Source: an uncultured Syntrophaceae bacterium
Lineage (GTDB): Bacteria > Desulfobacterota > Syntrophia > Syntrophales > UBA2192
DNA length: 64,000 nucleotides
Reading direction: 5' to 3'
Assembly: GCA_964628025.1 (NCBI GenBank)
Contig: CAZVLL010000002.1
Coordinates: 1,421 to 65,420 of the forward strand
A program made the position numbers and the translations under genes. Every line of letters begins with the position of its first letter. Position 1 is the stretch's first letter. Below are positions 44,383-53,991 of the stretch, piece after piece. The notes under the pieces are model-generated. The model worked only from the letters and a program-made list of their open reading frames with translations, was not told the DNA's origin and searched no databases.

Positions 44383-44637
44383 CTACAGGTTCTGCGGGTC
44401 CAGGGCGTCTAGGAGGGTCTGGAGCGTCGCCCGTTTCGATTCAACGTCGTTGATTCCCGCGAGGATGGGCTTTAATGTAGCCGCCACTCTCGCTTTAAAT
44501 GCGTTGCCCGTCTCCGTTGCGGGGTTCCAGTCCAGTTGCACGGTCGTATAGACGGCCCCGGTCAGCTCGTCCTTGACGAGGACATAGGCGTGGTAGACAC
44601 CACCCGTCTGCGTGACCTTGTCGGCAAGAATCTTCAT
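44383..44637 (-). CDS. Hypothetical phage protein (84 aa)
   Basis: An ORF packed between the host-specificity and fibre genes. Confidence 0.45.
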   Translation of the reverse strand: MKILADKVTQTGGVYHAYVLVKDELTGAVYTTVQLDWNPATETGNAFKARVAATLKPILAGINDVESKRATLQTLLDALDPQNL

Positions 44638-44646
44638 CGTTTCTCC

Positions 44647-47600
44647 TTACTGCCAGAAGGCCGCCTTCATATTTAAGACGGCGAGGTTCAGGAACGTATC
44701 CATGACCGGGTCGGTGATGGAGACCTCCGCCTTTACGTATCGGGATTCGAACTCGGGAGCGGTGAAGTGGAAGTTCGTGAATGAGGATGTCAGGTTGCCG
44801 GTGACGGTCCCGTAGTAAATCTTGCCCGTGATGCTCGAGGCGGCCGTGGGCGTGAAGAGCTCATACCATCGCTTCCCGCCGGATAGCACATCGTTCCAGG
44901 TCAGGGGTGCAGGAATGACGCCGCTCCATGACATATTGCCCGCGACAACCTGTGTCACGAAGTCGCCCCATACCCGGCGCTTCACCACGGAGGCAAAGTC
45001 GTATTCCGGAGATGTCCAGGTTCCGGTGAGGGAGTTAGCGTTGTCTACGAGCTGGACGTCATGAAAATAGACTTGGTCCGTTGCGTTCAGGGCGCGGAGC
45101 GCATATCGTACCTGCTTGCAGCCCGCAGGGGAAGTGAAGGAGAACGTCTGCAGCGCAGACCAGGAAGAAGAGTCGGCGAGCGTCGTCGGGTTGATGATGT
45201 ATGCGCCGTTCGTCAGGTCATAGACGGAATATCTGGCCCGGTCACCAGCTACGTTTGCATACTTGAACTTCAGGTCATATGCTCGTCCAGCCTTAACGTA
45301 CTGGTCTTGATAGGCAGCTCCATCAGATTGCGTCGCGACCACGGTGATTGCGGTGTCAGGGGCATAATGAGAAAGGGTCGCGTTGCTTGCCGTCCACTCA
45401 TTGATGTTCGATTCAAAGGCCCCATTCCTGGCGATATTGCCCCGGGACACCTTCAGGATATAGGCACCGTTGACGTAATCGTAGACGGTACCGTCATGGT
45501 TCCCAGTCCGGAAGTCCCAGGACCAGGTCGCTTTGTCCGTGTAGCCGGGCGGGTAGAGAACCTGGCATACCGATGAGCGCTTCGTGGCCGAGTAATAGCC
45601 CCGGTTGTTCTTAGGTGCGACCCAGAAGGTGTGCGTCCCGGGCCTGAATCCCGTGAGGAAGAACTGCCCGTTGTTGCCCAGGGCGAGGAAGATCGCCGCG
45701 TCCCACGACGACCCCAGGCGTAGCTCCCAGCCGACGAGGTCCGGCTCGTTGACGTCCGGCGCGATGACCTGGACGGTGTCTCCCGTGGGGATCGCGACGA
45801 CGCTGGAGGGCGCCGACGGGGCCGAGGTCTTGCCCACCACGGGATGACTCACCGAGTAGGCCGCTGACTGCGCTTGCTTCGTCTCGAAGATGCTCACATT
45901 GACCATTTTGACTTGGTACGTCTGTCCTTCCTGAACGGGGTCAAGGACGAAATCTGAGGTTGAGATGGTCTCGAACTTGTATGGGTCGCTTCCGATTTTC
46001 ACCCAGATTTCCGTGTGTTTGTACCAAGGGTAATTGGAGGGCGGGTCGAAATCGACCTTCAGGCGCGTGAATGTCCTGCCGCCGTAGACGTACAGCTCCT
46101 CGGAGATCGCGACATTCATCACTGAAGGGACCGTATCCAGGTAGCTCGGGACGTTCGTGGTATGGAACGCCTCTGTGGCCATGTCATAATCATCGTCATA
46201 GAAGAACGAGAACTCTTCGGCCGCAGTGATAGACACGGAACCGTCTTGCCCTACTTCCGCGCTTGTGACTCGGAACAGCTTCTCGTCCCATCCATAGAAG
46301 TTGCTCGTCAAGGGGATGACGTCATACGGCTCAAGTTGCTGATATTCCCGTCCTACAATGAAAGATGCCTCTCGGCTATGCCTCCGGCGCTCCAATTCTG
46401 AAACGACGAGCTTCTGGACAAGAGAGAAGTCCGTAACGCAAGTCAGGTCGATGAACCCTTCCCGGTAATCTCCTTCTGCGGCAATGGCGACTGTATCCGG
46501 GTGAATGTATGGGGTGACCTGCCACAGTTGGGTAGGCGAAATCCACTCTGCCTTCATGCAGTTGGGGACATTAATGATGTTCGGCTCACGGTACCGCAGG
46601 CTCGACACTCCCCCTACCTCGATAAAGTCCCGTATCGCAGGGACAACGGGGGTCTCATAATTGAGGTCCATGTAGCGCAATTCCATCCGGGTTTCCGAGA
46701 AAATCACCCTGCCGCGGAAGGTGTTCTCAATGAGGATGAGGTTGTCGCAAATGGCCGTGTTCTTCCTGATGTCGGCGTTGGCCTTCCAGCCCTTCGTGTC
46801 GCAATACGTCGCGGCTGCCCCGAAAGAAGTGTCATCAATCCTCGCGGTGGAGATTCCCATGCCCCCGCGGGTCGATGGACGAGTTAGCATGTCCCGCAGG
46901 ATCAGGGCCGGGTTTTCAGACCACAGCTCTTGATATGCGAGTTCATAGGTGTATCCGGCCGAATCATTGAAATTGAATCCATTCTCGACGGATTCCCAGT
47001 TGCGCGTCGCGCCGCCCTGGGACGAAACGATAGTCACGCCCGTAGAAGAAGGGGCCGTGACCTGTTTCAACGACATCGAGGACGCGCCATATTGCGTCGC
47101 CGCCCAAGAATGCAGACAGAAAACATCATGCGCTGCCTTTGCCGTTATGTATCCTGCACAGGCACCATTCACTAAGTCTGGAGGCCACTGCGAAGAATTT
47201 GTGACATTTCCGGAGTTGTTCTGCCCAATATACATTCTTGTGGGACCGCCGCTCGTCAGCGAAAATGTCAAGGTGCCGCGATACAATGCCCCGGAAGACA
47301 AGGACATGGTATTCGAATACGTCTGCCCCATGCCGTTCCCGGATCCCGTATTGATGGCATTCGTGATTGAGCCCCCCGAAGCAACAAAGGTTTCATACGG
47401 ATAAACAGACCCGTTGTTCCACGCGGAGAGGAGCTCACTCCCGTACGTCTCGCCCGTCCCTGCTGCCTTGATCCAGCCGGTGGCCTTTTTCCCAGCAGAG
47501 TCGGTGACCGTAAGCTTGGATCCGAGGTTCCCGGTCAGGACATTCGCCACGCCGAAATCCACAAAAGCAGCTCCATTGACGAGCGACAGCCTCATATTCG

Positions 47601-48225
47601 CGAGGGATACAGAGCCGGTCGACGTGGTGCGCGGGTCACGGACCTTCAGCCCTTTGAGGATCGCGGTGACGTTCGGCTCGCCCTGAAACTTGTTCAGGTC
47701 GTATTTGATGCGGATGTAGATGTAGGCCGTGTAGCGCTTGTTTTCCTGCCACTCCGGGACGGCATCGTGCAGGGTGGTGCAATAGCCCTGCGTGGGCGTG
47801 CCGGTGAAAATCTCGTAGTGGATATAGTCAGGGCCCCACTCGTCCCATCGCTTGTCGTCGATAAAGAGGCAGTCCACCTGCGTCGGGTCCTGCGAATTCT
47901 TGTCTTCGGTGGCAAGTCCCTCGATCGGCCCCTCTCCCAGGTTGCCGATGATGTGCAGGTAGTCGTTGTTGTTCCCGCTCACGCCGACGAAGACCTTGTT
48001 GATGCCGACCTTGATCCTGCCATAGACCAGCGGCACCTCATGGAGAGGCTCCCGGAGGTTTATCATGTGGCCCCGAGCGCCGTCCTTCATGGCCTGCATC
48101 GCATCTCTCATGCTCTGCCGTTGATTGATTTCCTGCATCCCCTGAAGGGCAAAATTCACGGCCATCGACGCAAATGCCGAGAAGATCATGGCTTCAATAG
48201 AGATGCTGATAGGGTCAATGCCCAT
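44647..48225 (-). CDS. Tail tip / host specificity protein (lambda J / RcGTA g15-like), 1192 aa
   Basis: Size and position after the g12-g14-like genes. It has an FN3-like segment (aa ~800-880) and jelly-roll/CBM-like segments (aa ~200-405 and ~925-1062). Confidence 0.75.
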   Translation of the reverse strand: MGIDPISISIEAMIFSAFASMAVNFALQGMQEINQRQSMRDAMQAMKDGARGHMINLREPLHEVPLVYGRIKVGINKVFVGVSGNNNDYLHIIGNLGEGPIEGLATEDKNSQDPTQVDCLFIDDKRWDEWGPDYIHYEIFTGTPTQGYCTTLHDAVPEWQENKRYTAYIYIRIKYDLNKFQGEPNVTAILKGLKVRDPRTTSTGSVSLANMRLSLVNGAAFVDFGVANVLTGNLGSKLTVTDSAGKKATGWIKAAGTGETYGSELLSAWNNGSVYPYETFVASGGSITNAINTGSGNGMGQTYSNTMSLSSGALYRGTLTFSLTSGGPTRMYIGQNNSGNVTNSSQWPPDLVNGACAGYITAKAAHDVFCLHSWAATQYGASSMSLKQVTAPSSTGVTIVSSQGGATRNWESVENGFNFNDSAGYTYELAYQELWSENPALILRDMLTRPSTRGGMGISTARIDDTSFGAAATYCDTKGWKANADIRKNTAICDNLILIENTFRGRVIFSETRMELRYMDLNYETPVVPAIRDFIEVGGVSSLRYREPNIINVPNCMKAEWISPTQLWQVTPYIHPDTVAIAAEGDYREGFIDLTCVTDFSLVQKLVVSELERRRHSREASFIVGREYQQLEPYDVIPLTSNFYGWDEKLFRVTSAEVGQDGSVSITAAEEFSFFYDDDYDMATEAFHTTNVPSYLDTVPSVMNVAISEELYVYGGRTFTRLKVDFDPPSNYPWYKHTEIWVKIGSDPYKFETISTSDFVLDPVQEGQTYQVKMVNVSIFETKQAQSAAYSVSHPVVGKTSAPSAPSSVVAIPTGDTVQVIAPDVNEPDLVGWELRLGSSWDAAIFLALGNNGQFFLTGFRPGTHTFWVAPKNNRGYYSATKRSSVCQVLYPPGYTDKATWSWDFRTGNHDGTVYDYVNGAYILKVSRGNIARNGAFESNINEWTASNATLSHYAPDTAITVVATQSDGAAYQDQYVKAGRAYDLKFKYANVAGDRARYSVYDLTNGAYIINPTTLADSSSWSALQTFSFTSPAGCKQVRYALRALNATDQVYFHDVQLVDNANSLTGTWTSPEYDFASVVKRRVWGDFVTQVVAGNMSWSGVIPAPLTWNDVLSGGKRWYELFTPTAASSITGKIYYGTVTGNLTSSFTNFHFTAPEFESRYVKAEVSITDPVMDTFLNLAVLNMKAAFWQ

Positions 48226-48649
48226 CTCGTAACCTCACGGCCCTTACGACTTCTACCCCAACGCCCCTCAATGAATATACCCTGACGCCCGTTGTGCCTC
48301 GATAGGAGGCGATGAAGTTCCCGTTGCCGCCATAGACGGCCGGGAAATACGTCTCGGGAACCAGTGTCGATTTACAGAGAATCCAATCTCCGGCGACGAT
48401 GAAGTCTGTTGGTACCGGCTCTCCGACAGCCGCAAAGAAGCCAAGAAGCTCCCGAAGAAGCTCGCTTCCCTCAAGGCGGGCATATGTCTCGTCGCCGACC
48501 TTGTATCCGGCCCATTCATCAGGAATGTCCTTGCCCATCTCCTTGGCAATCTTCCAGCACAGGCCGATGCAGTCATACCCTGCGTCGGTGGTCCCGCCCT
48601 CCTTGAATGGCTTGCCCAACACTTTCTTGATGACATCTGCGAGCGTCAT
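48215..48649 (-). CDS. NlpC/P60-family phage cell-wall peptidase (RcGTA g14-like)
   Basis: GYDCIGLCWKIAKEMG contains the catalytic Cys context. The ATGA overlap with the upstream gene places the start at 48649. Confidence 0.7.
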   Translation of the reverse strand: MTLADVIKKVLGKPFKEGGTTDAGYDCIGLCWKIAKEMGKDIPDEWAGYKVGDETYARLEGSELLRELLGFFAAVGEPVPTDFIVAGDWILCKSTLVPETYFPAVYGGNGNFIASYRGTTGVRVYSLRGVGVEVVRAVRLRDGH

Positions 48650-49257
48650 GCTTTTACCCGGCCCCACCATATTTGCTTCTCTGCCGTCGAGGGGGCGAAG
48701 CGGTCGCCGCCGAAATTATCCTTGTTCGTAAGCGTCACGCAGCGCTCGTAGCTTTGGTCGCACCATGATTGTGCTCCCGCATAGGCACACTCCAATTGCT
48801 TGAATGGCCACGGGCAGGAAGGCGACACAACTCGCAAGGAACGCTTCTTCCACAGGTAGAACTCATTGACCACTTCAACGTCAACGTCCCGCTCCGTCGA
48901 GTCCCACTCTGCAAGAAGCCCCTGGAATATCAGATGGGTATAGACGGTCCAGCCCACGAGAACGCCGCACCGGACGAGCACGGTTTTAAACCGGCAATCT
49001 TCATTCTGCAGGAGTGATGAAATCATGGCATCAGCGTTGGACATTTCAAGTCGCACGGAATCGACGCTCAACCCTGCTGCCATCCGGATAGAACTAACCG
49101 TGAAATCGCGCGGCGCAAACCTGTCTGCACCGTTCATGATGGCTCGATCAAAGTCCGTAAATCTATGCGTCTGGGAAAACTGGAATTCGAGAAGCCAGAA
49201 TTCCGTGAACTGCTTGCCTTCCCAGGCAGTCACTATATTTGAGTTGACGTTTCTCAT
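48646..49257 (-). CDS. DUF2163 / phage BR0599-family protein (RcGTA g13-like)
   Basis: The C-terminal Cys-rich motif is CPWPFKQLECAYAG..WCDQSYERC..NKDNFGGDRF. Confidence 0.7.
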   Translation of the reverse strand: MRNVNSNIVTAWEGKQFTEFWLLEFQFSQTHRFTDFDRAIMNGADRFAPRDFTVSSIRMAAGLSVDSVRLEMSNADAMISSLLQNEDCRFKTVLVRCGVLVGWTVYTHLIFQGLLAEWDSTERDVDVEVVNEFYLWKKRSLRVVSPSCPWPFKQLECAYAGAQSWCDQSYERCVTLTNKDNFGGDRFAPSTAEKQIWWGRVKA

Positions 49258-49820
49258 TCTCCCGGTAATCCCTTCAAGTCGATGCCGAAGGTGTAAAGCA
49301 TGAAGTCGAAATACTCTTTCGGGAGCCGGTCTTCCTTAAATCGAGCCTTCACCCTGAGGATGCAGGTCATGTCGATGCTGATGATGTCCCCGACGGCCGG
49401 CGCGACCGTGAACTGCACTCTGTCTGCGCTTCCCTGTCCGCCACCCGTGAGGTATGAAAACCCGGATGATTGGACTGCCCCGTTCCTGTAGAGGGTCCGG
49501 GTTGAGGTGGACTTCCCGGGAAGGTCAAACGTGGTGCGGGTTGCATCCCCCTCGGCCACGAATAGCCCGACGTAGTCGTCGCTCTCGGGTGCAAAGATAT
49601 AGAATGCCTCATAGGCTCCCCTCCGGGCATTGTAGAATGCCCAGATCAGGGTTGCGTCAGCCTTGGACAGCTTCGGAAGCTTTAATTTGAAGTCAAAGAT
49701 GGGAAATTGGCGCTTGGACATTCTCTGCTCCGATCCTGTGTCAAACCCGGAGATCTGTGTTCTCCACGTCGGGTCAATGATCGTCCCGTAAGAGGGCTGG
49801 ACTGCAGGGAATACTGCCAT
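49254..49820 (-). CDS. DUF2460-family distal tail protein (RcGTA g12-like)
   Basis: FPAVQPSYGTIIDP.WRT.ISGFDTGSEQR....P.F.F.L and FYNARRGAYEAF match the remembered family pattern. Confidence 0.65.
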   Translation of the reverse strand: MAVFPAVQPSYGTIIDPTWRTQISGFDTGSEQRMSKRQFPIFDFKLKLPKLSKADATLIWAFYNARRGAYEAFYIFAPESDDYVGLFVAEGDATRTTFDLPGKSTSTRTLYRNGAVQSSGFSYLTGGGQGSADRVQFTVAPAVGDIISIDMTCILRVKARFKEDRLPKEYFDFMLYTFGIDLKGLPGE

Positions 49821-49823
49821 TTC

Positions 49824-52334
49824 TCACCTCAGGTATGAGTTCCACTGCGAACGGGTCTGATTGTTCTGCAAGGCTTTCGTGGCCTGCTTCACGATTGCGT
49901 TTGGGTTCCTTCGGCACATATCATCGAAGCTCTTGCTGTCCACGGCATTGATGACGATGTAGGTGCTGCTCCCTCCAACGCCACCTCGAGGAATTACGGC
50001 CTCCCCGGTCTGCAGGACGGCCGGGAATTCATCTGCCGCTAGTCCTCCATGAAGCCGTGGAGCGTTATTAAACACGGCAGGGTTCACTGTCGCCCATCCC
50101 GGTCTCGTTAGCCCCACAATGCCACCTGAATGGAACGACATCGCCGTGAAGGGGGTGAAATATCCCCCGCCGTATCCGGCGGCGGTGCTCACTGCTGCCG
50201 TCGTGGTCTCTCCCTCTCCAAGGCCGATAAACCCGCCGAGTTTTCCGAGAAGTGAACCGATCATACCGAACCCGCCAGAGCCGCTTCCCATGACCATCTT
50301 TGAAAGCTCGGTTGAGAGAAAGTTCGCAAACACGTCAGTCATCGACTTCACGAACTTGGTCATGAGGTCTCCGAAACTCTTGAAATTGAGTGTCATCACG
50401 TCAAAGAAGAACGTCTTGAAGGCACCCTCCATACCTTTTGCTGCTTGAGTTGCAGAGTCAACACCCCGGCGATACATATTGTTGAGGTCCTGTCCGTACT
50501 GTTCCCAGCCTTTCATCCACCCGCCCTCGAAGCCGGTGCTTAATTCTTGGGACTTATAGGCGAGGTCCTCGATGGAGAGCTTTAACTTGGCCAGTTCCTT
50601 GTCGCTCTGCCGGATGAGCTGATTGTATTTCTCCCATGCCAGCTCCCCGCGCCCGTAACGAATCTCGAGAGCGCTCTGATATTCAAGTTCGGCGTCCTTT
50701 CGTTCTTCAGCCAGCTCAAGCTGCCGGTCGACCATCTGCTGCTCGGAGATCTCCGCGCGCTGATATCGCCGGTTGGCCATTTCCATTTCTTCTTGGTAGT
50801 ATTGGTCGGAGTTCTCCTTGAGGCTCTGCAATGTCCTCACGGCTTCCTCCACGAGTTGCTTCTCGACTTCGCTCGCTATTTTGACAGCGTTGGCATATGA
50901 CTTCTTTTCAAAATCCTTCTCGTTTTCGTCCAGCATTCCCTTACGCCATGTCTCCATATAGGACTTGATGCCCGGGACTCCCTGCCACTTCTTGTCCTCC
51001 ATGATGGAGCGATACTTCTGCTCAATCTCGGTGACCTTCTTCCAGTAGGTCGAGTCTGCTTCTTCTTTGAGAAGGGCGCTCTCCAGTTGGAGCTTTACTT
51101 TTCGCCATTCTTCTTGCTTTTTGAGCATATCCTCATTGGGAATTTTCTTGGTTTTCGGAGTTGACGGGACTTTCCCCCCGTCAAGATTCTGAAAGTCTGC
51201 CTGCGTTGCCCCGGGCGTTTCCGGCGGGGTATAAGGCATGACCCCGCCATAGTCTCCATCACCAGCCCCTTCAAATATCTTGCCCATCCATCTGAACAAG
51301 TCCGCGGCGTCCTTGACGGCAAGGCGCAGAGAATCGACCCATTTCGGGAGACCGACAGTGGCAATCCACTCCACGGCCCTGAAGATGTCTCGGACGATAC
51401 CCCCGATCACTTCCCAGACCGGTGTCATGATAACGAGGATGTCCCATACGCCTATCAACAGGCCACGAATGATTCCCCATGCCCGGCCGAGTTCCTCCGC
51501 AATCTGCTCTTTGTTTTCCGTGACCCACTCAGAGATTTTCTTCATGACTTGGAGCATCTCAGAGAAAGCCTCGCTCATGGCCCCGCGGAGCGTCTGCCGA
51601 GCGATAGTTTCGAAGGTCGTTTTCATGGCTTCCCATGTGCCGTTAATATCCTCCGTGGCGGCAGAGAAGCCCTGAAGGGCACTCGCGAGGTACTCAATGA
51701 GGTCTCCTTGCTCCTTGTGGAGAGCGATCTGTCTTTCGAGGTCAGGTATCTGCGCCTTCAGCATGGATCCGAGGGCGTCCGTGGACCGCGCCTGGCCTTG
51801 CAGGAGAGCGCGAATTTCCTGCCGGATCTGGACCTCTTTGTTGGGGTAGCCCGTCGAGATGACCGCAACAGCATTGGCGATGGTCGTGAACGCCTCAATC
51901 TGCTTCTGGTTCGTGACATCAAGCAGGACGTTCTGCTTCTGCATCTCCATCGTCATGGTGCCGAGATCGCGGGCGGTCAGAAGGGTGTCTTTGTCGATCT
52001 GTTCAAGCACCTTCTGCAGCGCTGTCGCATACTCCTTCGCCTCTTTGTACCTATCAGCGAGAGACCGGTCATCATTCACCATCATGCCCGTGACAAGGGC
52101 CGCCGACTGAATGACGGCCAGATTGAACCCTTCGACGGCGTCCACAACCTGCTTGAAAGCGGCATTGATGCCCTGGAACGCCGCCTGCGCAGCCTGGCCG
52201 ATGGCGTTGAACTGCATGGACGCTTTCGTGACGGTCCCACCGAGCCAGTTCACGGAGTCGCCGACTCCCTTGATGGCCGTAGTGGCCTGATCAACGGCGC
52301 TGATGATGAGTTTCAGTTCTTCCTGTTTCGACAT
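49824..52334 (-). CDS. Tail tape measure protein
   Basis: 836 aa, largely helical, with a Gly-rich hydrophobic segment near the C-terminus. It lies directly after the chaperone genes. Confidence 0.85.
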   Translation of the reverse strand: MSKQEELKLIISAVDQATTAIKGVGDSVNWLGGTVTKASMQFNAIGQAAQAAFQGINAAFKQVVDAVEGFNLAVIQSAALVTGMMVNDDRSLADRYKEAKEYATALQKVLEQIDKDTLLTARDLGTMTMEMQKQNVLLDVTNQKQIEAFTTIANAVAVISTGYPNKEVQIRQEIRALLQGQARSTDALGSMLKAQIPDLERQIALHKEQGDLIEYLASALQGFSAATEDINGTWEAMKTTFETIARQTLRGAMSEAFSEMLQVMKKISEWVTENKEQIAEELGRAWGIIRGLLIGVWDILVIMTPVWEVIGGIVRDIFRAVEWIATVGLPKWVDSLRLAVKDAADLFRWMGKIFEGAGDGDYGGVMPYTPPETPGATQADFQNLDGGKVPSTPKTKKIPNEDMLKKQEEWRKVKLQLESALLKEEADSTYWKKVTEIEQKYRSIMEDKKWQGVPGIKSYMETWRKGMLDENEKDFEKKSYANAVKIASEVEKQLVEEAVRTLQSLKENSDQYYQEEMEMANRRYQRAEISEQQMVDRQLELAEERKDAELEYQSALEIRYGRGELAWEKYNQLIRQSDKELAKLKLSIEDLAYKSQELSTGFEGGWMKGWEQYGQDLNNMYRRGVDSATQAAKGMEGAFKTFFFDVMTLNFKSFGDLMTKFVKSMTDVFANFLSTELSKMVMGSGSGGFGMIGSLLGKLGGFIGLGEGETTTAAVSTAAGYGGGYFTPFTAMSFHSGGIVGLTRPGWATVNPAVFNNAPRLHGGLAADEFPAVLQTGEAVIPRGGVGGSSTYIVINAVDSKSFDDMCRRNPNAIVKQATKALQNNQTRSQWNSYLR

Positions 52335-52967
52335 GAATCTGAACCTTCTTGTCGCAGGTGTCGCAGTTTTTGTTCAGCCCCGCCTTCCGGCAGGATGCAC
52401 AGAATCTTTCTTCTTCAGGGGCTTGTTCCTTGTCACCCCCGCCCGTCAGAAAGGCAATGACAGCCTCCCTGAAAAGTAAGTCTCGCTTCCGGTACTCAAA
52501 GAACGGTTTGGCGTCGTCTAGCGTGAAGCCCCAGAGGATGCTGTCGCGTCGGGTAATATCACCCCCGGCGAGGACGGTGACGAGTTCATCGACCCATCCT
52601 GACTCTGACTCTGCAGGCGCACTGCCACGGCCTTTGACATCTGCGTGAACCGGGTCAACAGTGAATAGGGTTCGTTCAAGGAAAAAAAATCGTCGATGAC
52701 CGCCATGACATCTTCGGGGGTCATGAGAAAGGAAAGTTCTTTTGCGACAGCGTTCACGTCCTTGTCCTGGGGTTCTACCCCTTCAGGGATAAGAACGGCC
52801 GCAAGAGCCAACGGGAGCCTGTCTCCCAGAGAGAATATGAGCGATGCAGGGTCATCGAACCGAAGCTTGACGCCCTGCATCGCGTCCACGAGTTGCTTGA
52901 GTTGTCCTATTAAAAGTTTTCGCTGATAGTACCCTTTGCCTTCAAAGGTGTATCCAATCTTATCCAT
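52291..52967 (-). CDS. Tail assembly chaperone frameshift product (gpGT-like, ~225 aa, -1 shift at 52683-52689)
   Basis: The -1 frame is open for 130 codons from the U UUU UUU site to TGA at 52291-52293. That frame has no ATG/GTG/TTG, so it is reachable only by frameshift. Confidence 0.6.
52518..52967 (-). CDS. Tail assembly chaperone (gpG-like, zero-frame product, 149 aa)
   Basis: Its position between the tail tube and tape measure genes. It contains the slippery site. Confidence 0.7.
   Translation of the reverse strand: MDKIGYTFEGKGYYQRKLLIGQLKQLVDAMQGVKLRFDDPASLIFSLGDRLPLALAAVLIPEGVEPQDKDVNAVAKELSFLMTPEDVMAVIDDFFSLNEPYSLLTRFTQMSKAVAVRLQSQSQDGSMNSSPSSPGVILPDATASSGASR
52683..52689 (-). promoter_or_regulatory. 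Programmed -1 ribosomal frameshift slippery heptamer U UUU UUU
   Basis: Zero-frame codons GAT TTT TTT TCC (run of 8 T on the minus strand, plus A 52682-52689). Confidence 0.6.
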
Positions 52968-52992
52968 GTTCTCCTTCTCTCCTCCCCGTGGT

Positions 52993-53970
52993 CTATAAGA
53001 AGTTCGCCCCCGTCTCGGCGCACATCACGACGCATCGCAGGGCAGAGGCGTCTGCGTCATCCCCGTAGTAGCCCACAAAGGGCAGCTCGACCAGAAGTCC
53101 CGTCGGACCTTGCACAATCGGCCCCTGCCGACGATACCGAAGCTCGTCGATCAAGAAGGTGCATTTCTCATTTCCGACCGTGCCTGCCCCGGTTCCACGG
53201 GAAAACTCGATACTCAGTGCTCTCTCTGTGCCTGCTACCGCTAAATCATAGAGGGTCATGCTCTCGAAGATTGCTGTCAGGGTTCCAGAAACCTTCGACT
53301 GCCCCTCGGAGAGAGAGTACCGCTGGCCCGTTCCGTCAATAACGAAGGCATTCGGGTCCAGGTTGTTTTCAAAAACCAGGTCCAGTTTAGTCGCATACCC
53401 GAGGGCCGACCCGCCCTCGTTGATGACCGCCTTGAACGCGTCAAAGGCATAGTGGCCAAGGTCACGGGGCGTTGCGTCGATGGACGCCGCTGCTGCCGTT
53501 TCCTTTGCCCCCATGACGGAGATGGACGCGTCAATCATGCCCTCGGTACCGCAGGAGAGCCTGAATTGATTGATTTTGCACCCGTTGAAAACCTGATATT
53601 TGTTCGTCGCCGTAATGTCCGGGAAATACTTCTCTATGACCATACCTGCAGGCAGGGCGCCGATGGTGAATGTGTGCGTGTAAGGGCCTGCCCCCGTCGT
53701 GGCTGCACCTCCGAAGATGTGCTTCAGGATACGTCCATATACCCACGACCACTCGAAGCTGACGTCTCCCGCGACATCAATCTTCCCCGCGGAGGGCATG
53801 GACGGATTTCTCGATGACCTGATGGTACGAGAGTCATTGAGGTTCTGCGAAGACCGAACGCTCTCAGACACGAAAGGCAAGTAAAGTCCATCAGGGGACC
53901 CCGGCGTGGCCTTGAACGTGGTCTCGGTGTCAATCTGGATTTTGACGTTTGCGCCTTTCTGCTGACCCAT
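52993..53970 (-). CDS. Major tail (tube) protein
   Basis: 325 aa and beta-rich. Canonical position between the neck proteins and the chaperones. Confidence 0.65.
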   Translation of the reverse strand: MGQQKGANVKIQIDTETTFKATPGSPDGLYLPFVSESVRSSQNLNDSRTIRSSRNPSMPSAGKIDVAGDVSFEWSWVYGRILKHIFGGAATTGAGPYTHTFTIGALPAGMVIEKYFPDITATNKYQVFNGCKINQFRLSCGTEGMIDASISVMGAKETAAAASIDATPRDLGHYAFDAFKAVINEGGSALGYATKLDLVFENNLDPNAFVIDGTGQRYSLSEGQSKVSGTLTAIFESMTLYDLAVAGTERALSIEFSRGTGAGTVGNEKCTFLIDELRYRRQGPIVQGPTGLLVELPFVGYYGDDADASALRCVVMCAETGANFL

Positions 53971-53991
53971 GCTGCGTCCTCCTTCTGCTTG

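Noticed and set aside
40872-48225. Diversity-generating retroelement or Mu G-segment-like invertible host-range cassette in the tail-fibre region
   Set aside because: There is no reverse transcriptase, no template/variable repeat pair, no oppositely oriented fibre genes, no invertase and no flanking inverted repeats. All genes are co-oriented.
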